From NCBI GenBank assembly GCA_965652295.1, contig CBFGTS010000002.1, positions 256,001 to 320,000 on the forward strand: a stretch of DNA of 64,000 nt. Direction: 5' to 3'. The position numbers and the translations under genes are program-made. The notes beneath the pieces were generated by a model. The model worked only from the letters and a program-made list of their open reading frames with translations. It was not told the DNA's origin and ran no database searches. Source of the DNA: an uncultured Haloferula sp. Lineage in GTDB: Bacteria; Verrucomicrobiota; Verrucomicrobiia; Verrucomicrobiales; Akkermansiaceae. How positions within the stretch are numbered: the stretch's first letter is position 1; each line of letters begins with the position of its first letter. Shown in pieces: positions 20,032 through 29,780 of the stretch.

Positions 20032-21105
20032 ATGGACTTCGCCACCCTGATCGCCCAGCGCCGACGCCGCTTCGCGGAAATCACCGAGATCATGGGCGAC
20101 CCCGACCTGTTCTCCGACGCCCGCCGCGCCAGTGAGATCATGCGTGAACACCGCCGGCTGAAGGAAACGCTGGAGATCTGGGAGGAGCTGGAGAAGTCCC
20201 GCTCCGAGCTAGCGGAGAACGAAGAACTCGCCGCCTCGGACGATTCCGGGCTGGCGGAACTCGCCGCCGAAGAGCTGGTCCGCCTCCGCGCTGCGATCCC
20301 CGTCCTCGAAGAACGCCTCCAATACGCCCTGTTGCCGGCCGATCCGAACGAGGACCGCGACGCGATCGTCGAAATCCGCGCCGGTGCCGGAGGCGACGAA
20401 GCTTCGCTCTTCGCCGCCGAGCTGCTGCGCCTCTACCAGCGCCACGCCGAGACCCGCGGCTGGAAAACCGAGCACCTCGGTTCCTCGCCCTCCGAAGTCG
20501 GCGGCTTCAAGGAAGTCGCTCTCGGCGTGTCGGGTGACGAAGTCTTCCGTTTCCTCAAATACGAGTCCGGCGTCCACCGCGTCCAGCGCGTCCCCGCCAC
20601 CGAAACGCAGGGCCGCATCCACACCTCCACCGTCACCGTCGCCGTCCTCCCGGAGGCCGAGGAAGTCGATGTCCAACTCAAACCCGACGAACTGCGCATC
20701 GAAGTCTGCCGGGCTGGCGGCGCGGGCGGGCAGCACGTCAACCGCACCGAGTCCGCCGTGCAGGTTTTCCACCTGCCCACCGGCATCATGGTGCGCTGCG
20801 AGGACGGCCGCTCGCAGGGTCAGAACAAGGAGCGCGCGCTCCAGATCCTGCGCTCGCGGCTCTATGAAATGAAGGTCCGCGAGGAGCAGGAGAAATATTC
20901 CGCCACCCGCCGCGCCCTGATCGGCTCCGGCGACCGCTCGGAGAAGATCCGCACCTACAATTTCCCCCAGAGCCGCGTCACCGATCACCGCATCGGCTAC
21001 ACCTCGCACAATCTCGATGCGATCATGAACGGCTCGCTCGAGGAGCTGACCACCGAGCTGCAGAAAGCAGAAATGGCCGAGCGTCTCGCTGGCATGGAAA
21101 GCTGA
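20032..21105 (+). CDS. prfA: Peptide chain release factor 1
   Basis: EIRAGAGGDEA, ESGVHRVQRVPATE (PxT), GAGGQHVN (GGQ), SEKIRTYN. Confidence 0.95.
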   Translation: MDFATLIAQRRRRFAEITEIMGDPDLFSDARRASEIMREHRRLKETLEIWEELEKSRSELAENEELAASDDSGLAELAAEELVRLRAAIPVLEERLQYALLPADPNEDRDAIVEIRAGAGGDEASLFAAELLRLYQRHAETRGWKTEHLGSSPSEVGGFKEVALGVSGDEVFRFLKYESGVHRVQRVPATETQGRIHTSTVTVAVLPEAEEVDVQLKPDELRIEVCRAGGAGGQHVNRTESAVQVFHLPTGIMVRCEDGRSQGQNKERALQILRSRLYEMKVREEQEKYSATRRALIGSGDRSEKIRTYNFPQSRVTDHRIGYTSHNLDAIMNGSLEELTTELQKAEMAERLAGMES

Positions 21106-21109
21106 AGCG

Positions 21110-21493
21110 CTACTTCAGGAAAAGCTCACCCTTCACCTGGCTCACGATGCGGATCTGGTCGCCGCCGCGGTTTTCCACCGGCTGCTGGAGAAACCAGCCG
21201 TAATCCTCACTCCAGGAAAAATCGTACCAGCCGGAGCGGCGGACCTGGCTTCCTCCCTCGGACATGGGGCGGATCACGGATACCCGCCGGACGTGGCTTT
21301 CCTGGAATTTTTCGCACTGCCGCACGCCCTCGACGATCGACACCACCGTAATCGGTTGCGGTCGGATTTCCTCCGCCATCGCGATCAATCGGACCGCTTC
21401 GTCCGCATCGAGCTCCACCGTGGGTTCCGCTGCCATCAACCATCCGGAACCGACAAGCAGCCCGGCCGACATCATCGCGATAAACGATTTCAT
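21110..21493 (-). CDS. Hypothetical secreted protein
   Basis: Signal-peptide-like N-terminus; fills gap between prfA and mnmA. Confidence 0.6.
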   Translation of the reverse strand: MKSFIAMMSAGLLVGSGWLMAAEPTVELDADEAVRLIAMAEEIRPQPITVVSIVEGVRQCEKFQESHVRRVSVIRPMSEGGSQVRRSGWYDFSWSEDYGWFLQQPVENRGGDQIRIVSQVKGELFLK

Positions 21494-21528
21494 CCCCGCT
21501 TAGACGAAATCGTGCGGAATTTATTCCA

Positions 21529-22608
21529 TCATCCTATCTCTTCGAACACGCCGCCGCCCAGCAGGCGGCCGCCATCGTAGAACGCACAAATCTGCCCGAG
21601 GGCGAGCGCACGCTGCGGCTTCTCGAACACCAGCTCGACCTTCCCCCCCTCCAGCGGCGACACCCGGCAGGGCTCCGGTTTCGCGCGGTAACGCGGCAGC
21701 GCCTCGACCCGACGGGGGCGGTCGAAAGGCTCGTTGATGGTCGAAAGCGTCCCGATCACACAGCGCTCCGCATAGAGGCCCGGAGTAGTCGCCTCATCCC
21801 AGCCGAGGATCAGCCGGTTGTTCGCCAGGTCCTTCCCCACCACCACGTAGGCCATGCCATCGCGCGGCGAAGCCACCCCGTGGCCCTTCCGCTGACCGAG
21901 CGTGTAGAGGTGCAGCCCGTCGTGACGGCCGAGCACCTTGCCGGAAACATCCACGATGTCGCCGGGCGAATCGGGGATGTAGTGGCGGATGAAATCGCGC
22001 ATCTTGATCTCGCCGATGAAGCAGATCCCCTGGCTGTCCTTCTTTCCGGCGGTTGGCAGGTCATGACGTTTCGCCACCTCGCGCACCGCGGGTTTCAGCA
22101 GCTCGCCGACGGGAAAAAGCGCGTGCGCCACCTGCCGCTGGGTCATCAGGGAAAGGAAATAGCTCTGGTCTTTGTTCGGATCCGCCCCTTTCAACACCGC
22201 GGCCTCGCCGTTCGCGAGATCGCGACGGCGCGCATAGTGACCGGTCGCCACGAACTCGAAACCCTGCTCCAGCGCATAGTCGAGGAACACCCCGAACTTC
22301 ATTTCGCGGTTGCACCAGACATCCGGGTTCGGCGTCACGCCACAGCGGTAGCCCTCGACCAGATAATCCACGATCCGCGCCTTGTATTGATCGATCAGAT
22401 CGATCACCCGGAACTCGATCCCGAGCTTTTTCGCCACCGCCAGCGCATCCTCCAGGTCGCTCTCCCACGCGCAGTCGCCGGGCAGACCCTCGGCATTGAT
22501 CCAGTTTTTCATGAAGGCACCCGCGACCTCATGCCCCTGCTCCAGCAGCATCGCCGCCGCCGCCGAGCTATCGACACCTCCCGAGAGTCCCACCAGCACC
22601 TTCGCCAT
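21529..22608 (-). CDS. mnmA: tRNA-specific 2-thiouridylase
   Basis: SGGVDS, TPNPDVWCN, ATGHYA, KDQSYFL, KDSQGICFIG, YTLGQRKG; start placed at MAKVLVG. Confidence 0.95.
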   Translation of the reverse strand: MAKVLVGLSGGVDSSAAAAMLLEQGHEVAGAFMKNWINAEGLPGDCAWESDLEDALAVAKKLGIEFRVIDLIDQYKARIVDYLVEGYRCGVTPNPDVWCNREMKFGVFLDYALEQGFEFVATGHYARRRDLANGEAAVLKGADPNKDQSYFLSLMTQRQVAHALFPVGELLKPAVREVAKRHDLPTAGKKDSQGICFIGEIKMRDFIRHYIPDSPGDIVDVSGKVLGRHDGLHLYTLGQRKGHGVASPRDGMAYVVVGKDLANNRLILGWDEATTPGLYAERCVIGTLSTINEPFDRPRRVEALPRYRAKPEPCRVSPLEGGKVELVFEKPQRALALGQICAFYDGGRLLGGGVFEEIG

Positions 22609-22616
22609 GCGCCGGG

Positions 22617-22710
22617 TTTGAAACCTGGGACCGGAAACTTCAAATCCCAAAAACGGCGCGGTCCACCCCGCATCCGCGGAAGCTTCAAACTTGGAACTTG
22701 GAACTTTCCA
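22617..22710 (+). repeat. Two clusters of degenerate intergenic heptamer repeats
   Basis: tttgaaa cctggga ccggaaa cttcaaa (22617-22644) and cttcaaa cttggaa cttggaa ctttcca (22683-22710). Confidence 0.5.
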
Positions 22711-22732
22711 CTGGCGGGCGTAGCCCGCATCC

Positions 22733-23593
22733 GTGTCCGACACCGCCCGTTCCCCGCTTTCCGGCTGCGCGATCCTGATCGCCGCGGTCTGCATGCTCCT
22801 GTTCCTCATCGGCTTCTCCGTCTGGGTGCCCTTCCGCCAGGCCGCCGCGATGGAATCCTTCACCCGACCCGCCCCCGCTCCGGTGCCGACGGCGGAGGTT
22901 TCCGAAACCGCAGGAGAACAACTGGACGCCCGTCTCCGGGACTTCACGAAATCCTTGGAAGATTCCGACGAAACCGCCCGGCTCGAGCTCAGCGCCGCCG
23001 ACCTGAACGTCGCGATCGCCCGCTATCCCCATTTCCAGGAGCTTCGCGGAACGTTTTTCGTGAAGGACATCCGCGAGGACGAGATTCTCGTCGACATCAA
23101 CTACCAGCTCAACGGCCGGCCGCGCCTCACCAAGGATGGCGAAGAAGGCTTCGTCACCTCGGATCCCCGCTATCTCGTCGGCACCATCCACGTCACCCCG
23201 CTGCTCTCGAAACGCGAGCTATCCCTGCACGTCAACAAGTTGGACGTCCCCGGCGCGGAAGTGGACGAGGGATTCATGGGCCATTTCTCCACCCTCCGGA
23301 TCCTCGAACGCTACCTCGACGATCCCCACCTCGGCCCCGCCATGGCGCAACTTACCCGCGCCTCGATCGAGGACGGCCAGCTCGTCCTCGCCCGCCATCC
23401 CGGTGAGGCGGTCCCTGACGTGATGACCGACGAACAGTTTCAAAAGAGCGGCTCCAAGGTCGCATGGTTCATCGGAGGAGCCCTGCTGCTCTTCCTGCTC
23501 GTGGCAGGAACGCTGCTTTTTCTAGGCTACCGCACCCAGTTGAAGAAAATCCAAGAACAAGAACGAACGAATTCCGATTCCAGCAACGTTTGA
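22733..23593 (+). CDS. Hypothetical membrane protein (N- and C-terminal TM helices)
   Basis: GTG start; two hydrophobic segments flanking a soluble domain; host-like codon usage. Confidence 0.7.
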   Translation: MSDTARSPLSGCAILIAAVCMLLFLIGFSVWVPFRQAAAMESFTRPAPAPVPTAEVSETAGEQLDARLRDFTKSLEDSDETARLELSAADLNVAIARYPHFQELRGTFFVKDIREDEILVDINYQLNGRPRLTKDGEEGFVTSDPRYLVGTIHVTPLLSKRELSLHVNKLDVPGAEVDEGFMGHFSTLRILERYLDDPHLGPAMAQLTRASIEDGQLVLARHPGEAVPDVMTDEQFQKSGSKVAWFIGGALLLFLLVAGTLLFLGYRTQLKKIQEQERTNSDSSNV

Positions 23594-23631
23594 ACTGGGA
23601 TCCCGCTTCCGCAGCCTCTCCACCATTTGCC

Positions 23632-24903
23632 ATGAAACACCGCCTCACCCGCGCCGCCCTCCTTTCCCTCGCGCTCGCCGCGCCGCTCCACGCCCTGGAG
23701 TCCTCGGCCTCGCCCGGCACCCCGCCCGCTCCAGGCGCTCCCAGCGCGGATTCCGCCGCCTCCGGCTCCGCTCAGGACAACAGCATGAAGGCCGAGCAGG
23801 AACGCCTGGCTCTCGAAAACGCTCTCGTCGATGAGCGGGTGAAAAAGGAAACCGCCGACATGCGGGCCGAAATCGCCCGGCTCAAAGCGGAGAAGGAACT
23901 CGTCGGTGAGAAGCTCGCGCTGGCCGAACTCAAGCGTCAGGCCGAGTCCCAAACGGAAATCATCGCCTCGAAGGTCGAGGAAGAACGTCTCACCCGCGAA
24001 GCCGGCATCGCCAAGGCCCGCGCCGAAGCCCTCGCCCACGAACTGAAGGCCGCGCAGGCGGAGCACGCCATCGAGCTGGAAAAGCTCGAAAGCGCGATCG
24101 CCCGCTTCAAAAAAACCGACGAACGCGAGACCTACGCCGATGCGGGCCCCGAATACCTCGACCAGCCTCTCCGCGAGGACGGCACCCTGGTGATTTCCGA
24201 CCGTCGGATCCCGCTCAACGGTGCGATCACCACCCACACCGCCGATTTTGTCACCGACCGCATCCATTTCTACAACAACCTCGATGGCGCGAAGCCGATC
24301 TTCATCGTCATCGACGAAAGCCCCGGCGGCTCGGTGATGGCCGGCTACCGCATCCTCAAGGCCATGGAAGCCAGCGAAGCACCGGTCCATGTGGTGGTGA
24401 AATCCTTCGCCGCATCGATGGCCGCCGCCATCACCACCCTGGCCGAGGAATCCTATGCCTACCCGAATTCCGTCATCCTCCACCACCAGATCAGCTCGAC
24501 CGTTTTCGGCCGCCTCAACCTCACCCAGCAGGAAGAACTCCTGAAGGAAAGCCAGCGCTGGTGGAACCGTTTCGGCACGCCCATCGCCGAGAAGATGGGC
24601 ATCACCAAGGAGGAATTCATCAAACGCATGTATGCCACCTCCACCAGCGGCGATTGGAGTGAGTTCGGAACGGATGCCAGCAAGCTGAAGTGGGTCGACC
24701 ACATCGTCTCCGGTATCGAGGAAACCTCCTTCACCCGTTCGCCCGATGCCGAGGACGAGGCGAAATCCTCGAAAAAGGCCGCCGTCTTCGGCACCGAGGC
24801 CGGTGTCGATGAAGAGGGTCGGCCTGTCATGTATCTGCCGCGGATCAACCCGAAGGATGTCTATTTCCTCTACAATCCCGACGGTTACTACCGGATGCGC
24901 TGA
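23632..24903 (+). CDS. Exported ClpP-like (peptidase S14) protein with N-terminal coiled coil
   Basis: Signal peptide (..PLHA/L); coiled coil; ClpP motifs RRIPLNGAI, IDESPGGSV..G, FAASMAA (Ser), ILHHQ (His). Confidence 0.75.
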   Translation: MKHRLTRAALLSLALAAPLHALESSASPGTPPAPGAPSADSAASGSAQDNSMKAEQERLALENALVDERVKKETADMRAEIARLKAEKELVGEKLALAELKRQAESQTEIIASKVEEERLTREAGIAKARAEALAHELKAAQAEHAIELEKLESAIARFKKTDERETYADAGPEYLDQPLREDGTLVISDRRIPLNGAITTHTADFVTDRIHFYNNLDGAKPIFIVIDESPGGSVMAGYRILKAMEASEAPVHVVVKSFAASMAAAITTLAEESYAYPNSVILHHQISSTVFGRLNLTQQEELLKESQRWWNRFGTPIAEKMGITKEEFIKRMYATSTSGDWSEFGTDASKLKWVDHIVSGIEETSFTRSPDAEDEAKSSKKAAVFGTEAGVDEEGRPVMYLPRINPKDVYFLYNPDGYYRMR

Positions 24904-25019
24904 ACCGGGCGGGGAAAGTGCCCTCCTCCAGGCTGGCCGGGCTCCTCAACCCCCTCGGTATCATAGGAAAGCAGCCGGAATCCCGCTTGACCGGCAGAGG
25001 GCGCTATCCGCATATTCCC

Positions 25020-25059
25020 AGCCCTCCCGGATGGCCGTGCCCCGGGGGGGCTTTTTTTA
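25020..25059 (+). terminator. Terminator-like hairpin upstream of mreB
   Basis: agccctcccgg...ccgggggggct followed by T-run. Confidence 0.55.
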
Positions 25060-25137
25060 TCCACGCCGCCGTCCCGGGCACGAGCCCGGCGGCCGCATCA
25101 CGCGCCTTTCGAAGTTCACATCTCATTCATTTTCAAC

Positions 25138-26166
25138 ATGCTAGGCAAGCTTTTCGGAAACTGGTTTTCCAATGACATCGGCATCGACCTCGGCACCGCA
25201 AACACTCTCGTCAACGTCAAGGATCAGGGCATCGTGCTCCGCGAGCCTTCCGTGGTGGCTGTGAAAGCCGGCACCAACGAGGTGCTCGCCGTCGGGGACG
25301 ATGCAAAACGCATGCTCGGCCGGACCCCAGGCAACATTGTTGCCATCCGCCCGCTGAAGGACGGGGTCATCGCCGACTTCCAAGTTACCGAGGCCATGCT
25401 TCGGCACTTCATCCGCAAGGTGAACCAACGCCACCGCGGCAACACGCGCGTCGTGATCGCAGTCCCCTCGGGCATCACCGAAGTCGAGCGCCGCGCCGTC
25501 TCCGAATCCGCCGAGCAGGCGGGTGCCAAGTGGGTCCACATCGTCGAGGAACCCATGGCGGCCGCGATCGGCGTCGGCCTCCCGGTCATGGACGCCTCGG
25601 GAAACATGATCGTCGACATCGGCGGCGGCACCACCGAGGTGGCTCTCATTTCCCTCGGCGGGATCGTTTACGCCCGCTCCGTCCGCACCGCAGGCGATGA
25701 GCTGGACGAAGGCATCGTCTCCTACATGAAGCGGAACTACAACCTGATGATCGGCGAACGCACGGCCGAGGACATCAAGATCCGCCTCGGCTCCGCCGCC
25801 CCCCTCGCCAAGGAGCTGACTATGGACGTCAAGGGCCGCGACCTCGTCGCCGGCCTGCCGAAAACCATCACCATCACCTCGCAGGAAATCCGCGAGGCGA
25901 TGGCCGACCCGCTCGCGACCATCGTCGATGCGGTCCGCACCACTCTCGAACGCTGCCCGCCGGAGCTCGCCGCCGACCTCGTCGATCGCGGCATCGTGCT
26001 GGCCGGCGGCGGAGCGCTGCTCCGCGGCCTCGACAAGCTCCTGCGCGAAGAGACCGGCCTGCCGGTTCACATCGCCGAGGACCCGCTGAGCGCGGTCGCC
26101 GAGGGCACCGGGAAAATGCTTCAGGAGCTGGACGTCCTGAAGCGCGTCACGCATCGCACCAACTGA
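25138..26166 (+). CDS. mreB: Rod shape-determining protein MreB
   Basis: [52 protein letters not shown]. Confidence 0.97.
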   Translation: MLGKLFGNWFSNDIGIDLGTANTLVNVKDQGIVLREPSVVAVKAGTNEVLAVGDDAKRMLGRTPGNIVAIRPLKDGVIADFQVTEAMLRHFIRKVNQRHRGNTRVVIAVPSGITEVERRAVSESAEQAGAKWVHIVEEPMAAAIGVGLPVMDASGNMIVDIGGGTTEVALISLGGIVYARSVRTAGDELDEGIVSYMKRNYNLMIGERTAEDIKIRLGSAAPLAKELTMDVKGRDLVAGLPKTITITSQEIREAMADPLATIVDAVRTTLERCPPELAADLVDRGIVLAGGGALLRGLDKLLREETGLPVHIAEDPLSAVAEGTGKMLQELDVLKRVTHRTN

Positions 26167-26200
26167 GGCCCTCCACGGGGCCCTCTGACCTGATCCGGGC

Positions 26201-27016
26201 ATGCGGCCGCTCAATTTGCTCGCACTGCTTCTCTTCCTCGCCGGAGCCACCTGGGCCCTGACGAGGAGTCCGAAGACCGTGCGCTCGATGCAAGCCACCT
26301 ACTATCGCACCATCTCGCCCTTCCTCACCGTGGGCTCGGATCTGGAAATGCGCGCCCGCGCCTTCCTCGATGAGATCGAACACTCCGAAACCCTCCAGGC
26401 CGAGGTCGATGCCATGCGCGAGGACTTCGGCCGCCTGAAGCTCATCGAAGCCCGCTTCCGCACCATCGAGGCGGAAAACGCCAGCCTGCGGAAAGCCCTC
26501 GATTTCAAGGAACGCAATCGCTTCGACGTCATCGCCGCCCGCATCACCCGCCGCCAGCCGACCACTTGGTGGCAGACCATGGAAATCGATCGCGGCGAAA
26601 AATCCGGCATCGCCACCGCCTACACGGTCGTCACCGATGGCGGGCTGGTCGGTAAAATCGATCGCCTCGGCGAGGACCGCTCCACGGTGATCCTGCTCAC
26701 CGACGAAGCCTGTCAGGTTTCGGCCAAAGTCGAGGGCAGTCCCGAGGTCGGCATCGTCCAGGGCCAGCGCGAGCAGTTCGGCAGCTCACCACTCCTGAGG
26801 CTGCGCTTTCTTTCTCCGCGTGCCCGCCTCCAGGAAGGCATGCGGGTCTTTTCCACCGGCAAGGGCGGCGTGTTCCCGCCCGATATCCTGCTCGGTGAAA
26901 TCGTCAGGATCGAACCCGGACCGCTCTCGACCGAGGCGGTTCTGAGGCCCTCGGTCGACTTCCAGAACCTCTCCACCGTGTTCGTCCTCACGCCGCAAAA
27001 GGACCCTTCGAGATGA
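26201..27016 (+). CDS. mreC: Rod shape-determining protein MreC
   Basis: TM + coiled coil (EN..LRK.L.F), IDRG...GI, GGLVGKI, STGKGGVFPPDI; follows mreB. Confidence 0.9.
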   Translation: MRPLNLLALLLFLAGATWALTRSPKTVRSMQATYYRTISPFLTVGSDLEMRARAFLDEIEHSETLQAEVDAMREDFGRLKLIEARFRTIEAENASLRKALDFKERNRFDVIAARITRRQPTTWWQTMEIDRGEKSGIATAYTVVTDGGLVGKIDRLGEDRSTVILLTDEACQVSAKVEGSPEVGIVQGQREQFGSSPLLRLRFLSPRARLQEGMRVFSTGKGGVFPPDILLGEIVRIEPGPLSTEAVLRPSVDFQNLSTVFVLTPQKDPSR

Positions 27017-27597
27017 TCCGCTACCTGGCGTCCATTCTCGTGCTGATCCTGCTGGCGGTCATCGTCCAGCAGTTCCTCCCGGCGTTGACCGCGCTGTCCG
27101 GCTCACGGATCCTCCCCGTGGCCTTGGTTTTCCTCTGCGCGGCGGTCACCCTGCCGCCGCCGGCCATGTTGATCGTGGCCTTCGTCTGCGGCTTCCTCAC
27201 CGACCTTGAGAATTGGATCGGCCCCCACGGCGGCGATCGCGAGGTTTACGAGTATCCCGTCGAGACGCTGCGCTTCGGCTACTCCATCATTCTCTACGGC
27301 ATCATGGGCATGCTGATGCAGGGCATCCGGCCGCTTTTCCGTCGCGGAAACTGGCAGCTCTCGGCCGCCCTCGCCGGGATCGCCGTGTTCCTCTACCTGG
27401 CCACCGAGTTCCTGCTCATCAATTTCATCCGCGGCGACTTCAGCTTCGGCAACCGCACCGTTTTCAAAATCGCCATGAGCTCGGCCCTGACCACGCTCTT
27501 CGCCCCGCTGGTCTTCTGGATCCTTTTCGCCCTCGCCGAACGCTTCCAATACACGATCCGTCTCGACACCTCCCGTCGTCGTCCCGGAGAGTCATGA
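27013..27597 (+). CDS. mreD: MreD-like integral membrane protein
   Basis: Five TM helices, GFLTD; position between mreC and PBP2. Confidence 0.7.
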   Translation: MIRYLASILVLILLAVIVQQFLPALTALSGSRILPVALVFLCAAVTLPPPAMLIVAFVCGFLTDLENWIGPHGGDREVYEYPVETLRFGYSIILYGIMGMLMQGIRPLFRRGNWQLSAALAGIAVFLYLATEFLLINFIRGDFSFGNRTVFKIAMSSALTTLFAPLVFWILFALAERFQYTIRLDTSRRRPGES

Positions 27598-27604
27598 ATC
27601 GGTC

Positions 27605-29758
27605 ATGAATTTTCTCAGTCAAGGCATCCGCGTCCTCCTCCTCACCCTGATGGTGCTGGCGGGCTTCGGTGCGTTGGTGAAAAGGCTCTACTACTTCCAG
27701 ATCACCAAACGCGATCACTACCAATCGCTGGTTCCCGGCGATCGCGAAGTCACCGTCCGCGAACCCGGCATCCGCGGCCCGATCCGCGACCGCAACGGCA
27801 TCGATCTCGCCCGCAACCAGCGGAACTACGCCATCTATTTCGACCTCAAGGAGATCCACCGCTCCTACCGCCAGCAGCACGAGCAGGATCCCAAACGCGA
27901 CAAGCTCACCACCGAGCAGGGCATGCCGCGCAAGGGCGTCGAGACGGACATCGTCGAGATCGTCAACACCTGGATCATCCCCAAGCTCGACGAACTGGGC
28001 CTGGCCAAGAACTACAGCGCCAAAGCCCTGCGCATCCACTACATCACCCACCACGGGCTGGTGCCGTTTTCCTACAACTCCGGCCTCACATACGAGCAGT
28101 TCGCCAGACTAGCGGAGCACAGCCTCGAAGTCCCCGGAGTCTATCTCGACGTCCGCCCCGAACGGGAATACCCCTACAAGGCCCTGGCCTCCCACATGCT
28201 CGGATATGTCCAGCCATGGAGGGAGGGCGAGGTCCCGGACAGCGAGAAGAGGAAATTCAATCACTACATTGGTGACGAGAAAGGCTACGTCGGACTCGAA
28301 GCCACCCTTGATGACTTCCTCCGCGGACCCGCCGGTAGCAAGACGCTGGTGAAAAACGAGAAGGGCCAGATCACCGCCCTCACCGACTACCGCGCGCCGG
28401 AAGAAGGGGCGACCGTCACGCTCGGCATCGACGCCCGCATCCAGTATCTCGTCACCAACACCCTGCGCCGCGCCGGTCGCGCCGCGGGCGTGGTCATGGA
28501 TGTGAATACCGGCGAGGTCCTCGCCATGGCATCCGTGCCGGATTACAACCCGAACGACTTCATCCCCAGCATCGACGCCAAGACCTACAAGGCTTATCTT
28601 GAGAACGATTGCACCCCGCTCATCGACCGCAGCATTTCCCCCTTTGCTCCCGGATCGACCTTCAAGCTCGGCACCGCCCTCACCGGTTGCCTTCACCAAC
28701 TTGGCAGCCGCTCGTTTTCCTGTGATGGCTATGTTTCCTACGGCAGCTACAAGCCTGCGTGCTGGCTTTGGAACAAATCGAGAGGAAGCCACGGCCTGCT
28801 CAGCCTCCCGCAAGCCATCCAGAAATCCTGCAACCCCTACTTCTACAAACTCGGCAACACCCTGGGCGAAGACCGGATGGTCACCGGCTTCACCATGCTC
28901 GGTTTCGGGCGCCAAACCGGCATCCGACTGCCCAACGAAAACCCCGGAAATCTCCCCGGTTCAAAAGCCTGGAAGTACCTCACCCGCAAGAGCGGCCTCA
29001 CGCCCGGCGACATTGCCCAGCTTTCCATCGGCCAAGGCGGCTCGCTCGCCACTCCCCTCCAGCTTTGCTCGATGGTCTCGTGCATCGCCAACGGCGGCCG
29101 CTATTACCGTCCCCGTCTGGTCAAGGAAGTGGTGATGGCCGACGGCAAACGCCCTATCGAGGATAAGCCCGAGCTGCGCTTCGACCTGATCCAGGAGGGT
29201 GTCCAACCCGAACACCTTGAACTGGTCCGCCAGGGCATGTGGAAGGCCGTCAATGAAGCAGGCGGCACCGCCGGCCGGGCGAGAATTCCAGGAGTCGAAC
29301 TCGCCGCCAAAACCGGCACCGCCCAGACCGCCGACCTCGGCAAAGCCTCCCACAACTCGTGGACCGTCGCGTTCGGTCCCTTCGAGAATCCGAAGTACGC
29401 CGTGGCCGTTCTCGTTCAAAACGGCAAGTCCGGCGGCGCGGTTTGCGGACCACTCGTCCATCTCATTTTCCGGGGCCTGCTCGCACGCGACGACGGCATG
29501 CAGCTCCCGCTTTCTCCGCTCGATCCCGTCGAAGGCAACCGAGACCCGATCGAAGAGATTCCCCTTCCGGATGACGTCATGGCGGCAATCGACGCCACCG
29601 ACGCCGGAGAAACCGGTGACGAAGCGAGCGACCCCATCGAGGTTCGCCCGACCGTCACCCTGCCCACTCAACCCGTCACCCCCGAGCCCGCCATCACTCC
29701 CGAAGTGGATGAGGAAGGCTCGGTCGTCCCCGAAGCTTCCGCCGACGATGACGAATGA
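27605..29758 (+). CDS. mrdA: Penicillin-binding protein 2 (class B transpeptidase)
   Basis: RGPIRDRNG, REYP, PGSTFK (SxxK), SCN (SxN), KTGTAQ. Confidence 0.92.
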   Translation: MNFLSQGIRVLLLTLMVLAGFGALVKRLYYFQITKRDHYQSLVPGDREVTVREPGIRGPIRDRNGIDLARNQRNYAIYFDLKEIHRSYRQQHEQDPKRDKLTTEQGMPRKGVETDIVEIVNTWIIPKLDELGLAKNYSAKALRIHYITHHGLVPFSYNSGLTYEQFARLAEHSLEVPGVYLDVRPEREYPYKALASHMLGYVQPWREGEVPDSEKRKFNHYIGDEKGYVGLEATLDDFLRGPAGSKTLVKNEKGQITALTDYRAPEEGATVTLGIDARIQYLVTNTLRRAGRAAGVVMDVNTGEVLAMASVPDYNPNDFIPSIDAKTYKAYLENDCTPLIDRSISPFAPGSTFKLGTALTGCLHQLGSRSFSCDGYVSYGSYKPACWLWNKSRGSHGLLSLPQAIQKSCNPYFYKLGNTLGEDRMVTGFTMLGFGRQTGIRLPNENPGNLPGSKAWKYLTRKSGLTPGDIAQLSIGQGGSLATPLQLCSMVSCIANGGRYYRPRLVKEVVMADGKRPIEDKPELRFDLIQEGVQPEHLELVRQGMWKAVNEAGGTAGRARIPGVELAAKTGTAQTADLGKASHNSWTVAFGPFENPKYAVAVLVQNGKSGGAVCGPLVHLIFRGLLARDDGMQLPLSPLDPVEGNRDPIEEIPLPDDVMAAIDATDAGETGDEASDPIEVRPTVTLPTQPVTPEPAITPEVDEEGSVVPEASADDDE

Positions 29759-29780
29759 CGCCCACCTTTAACCATCATCC

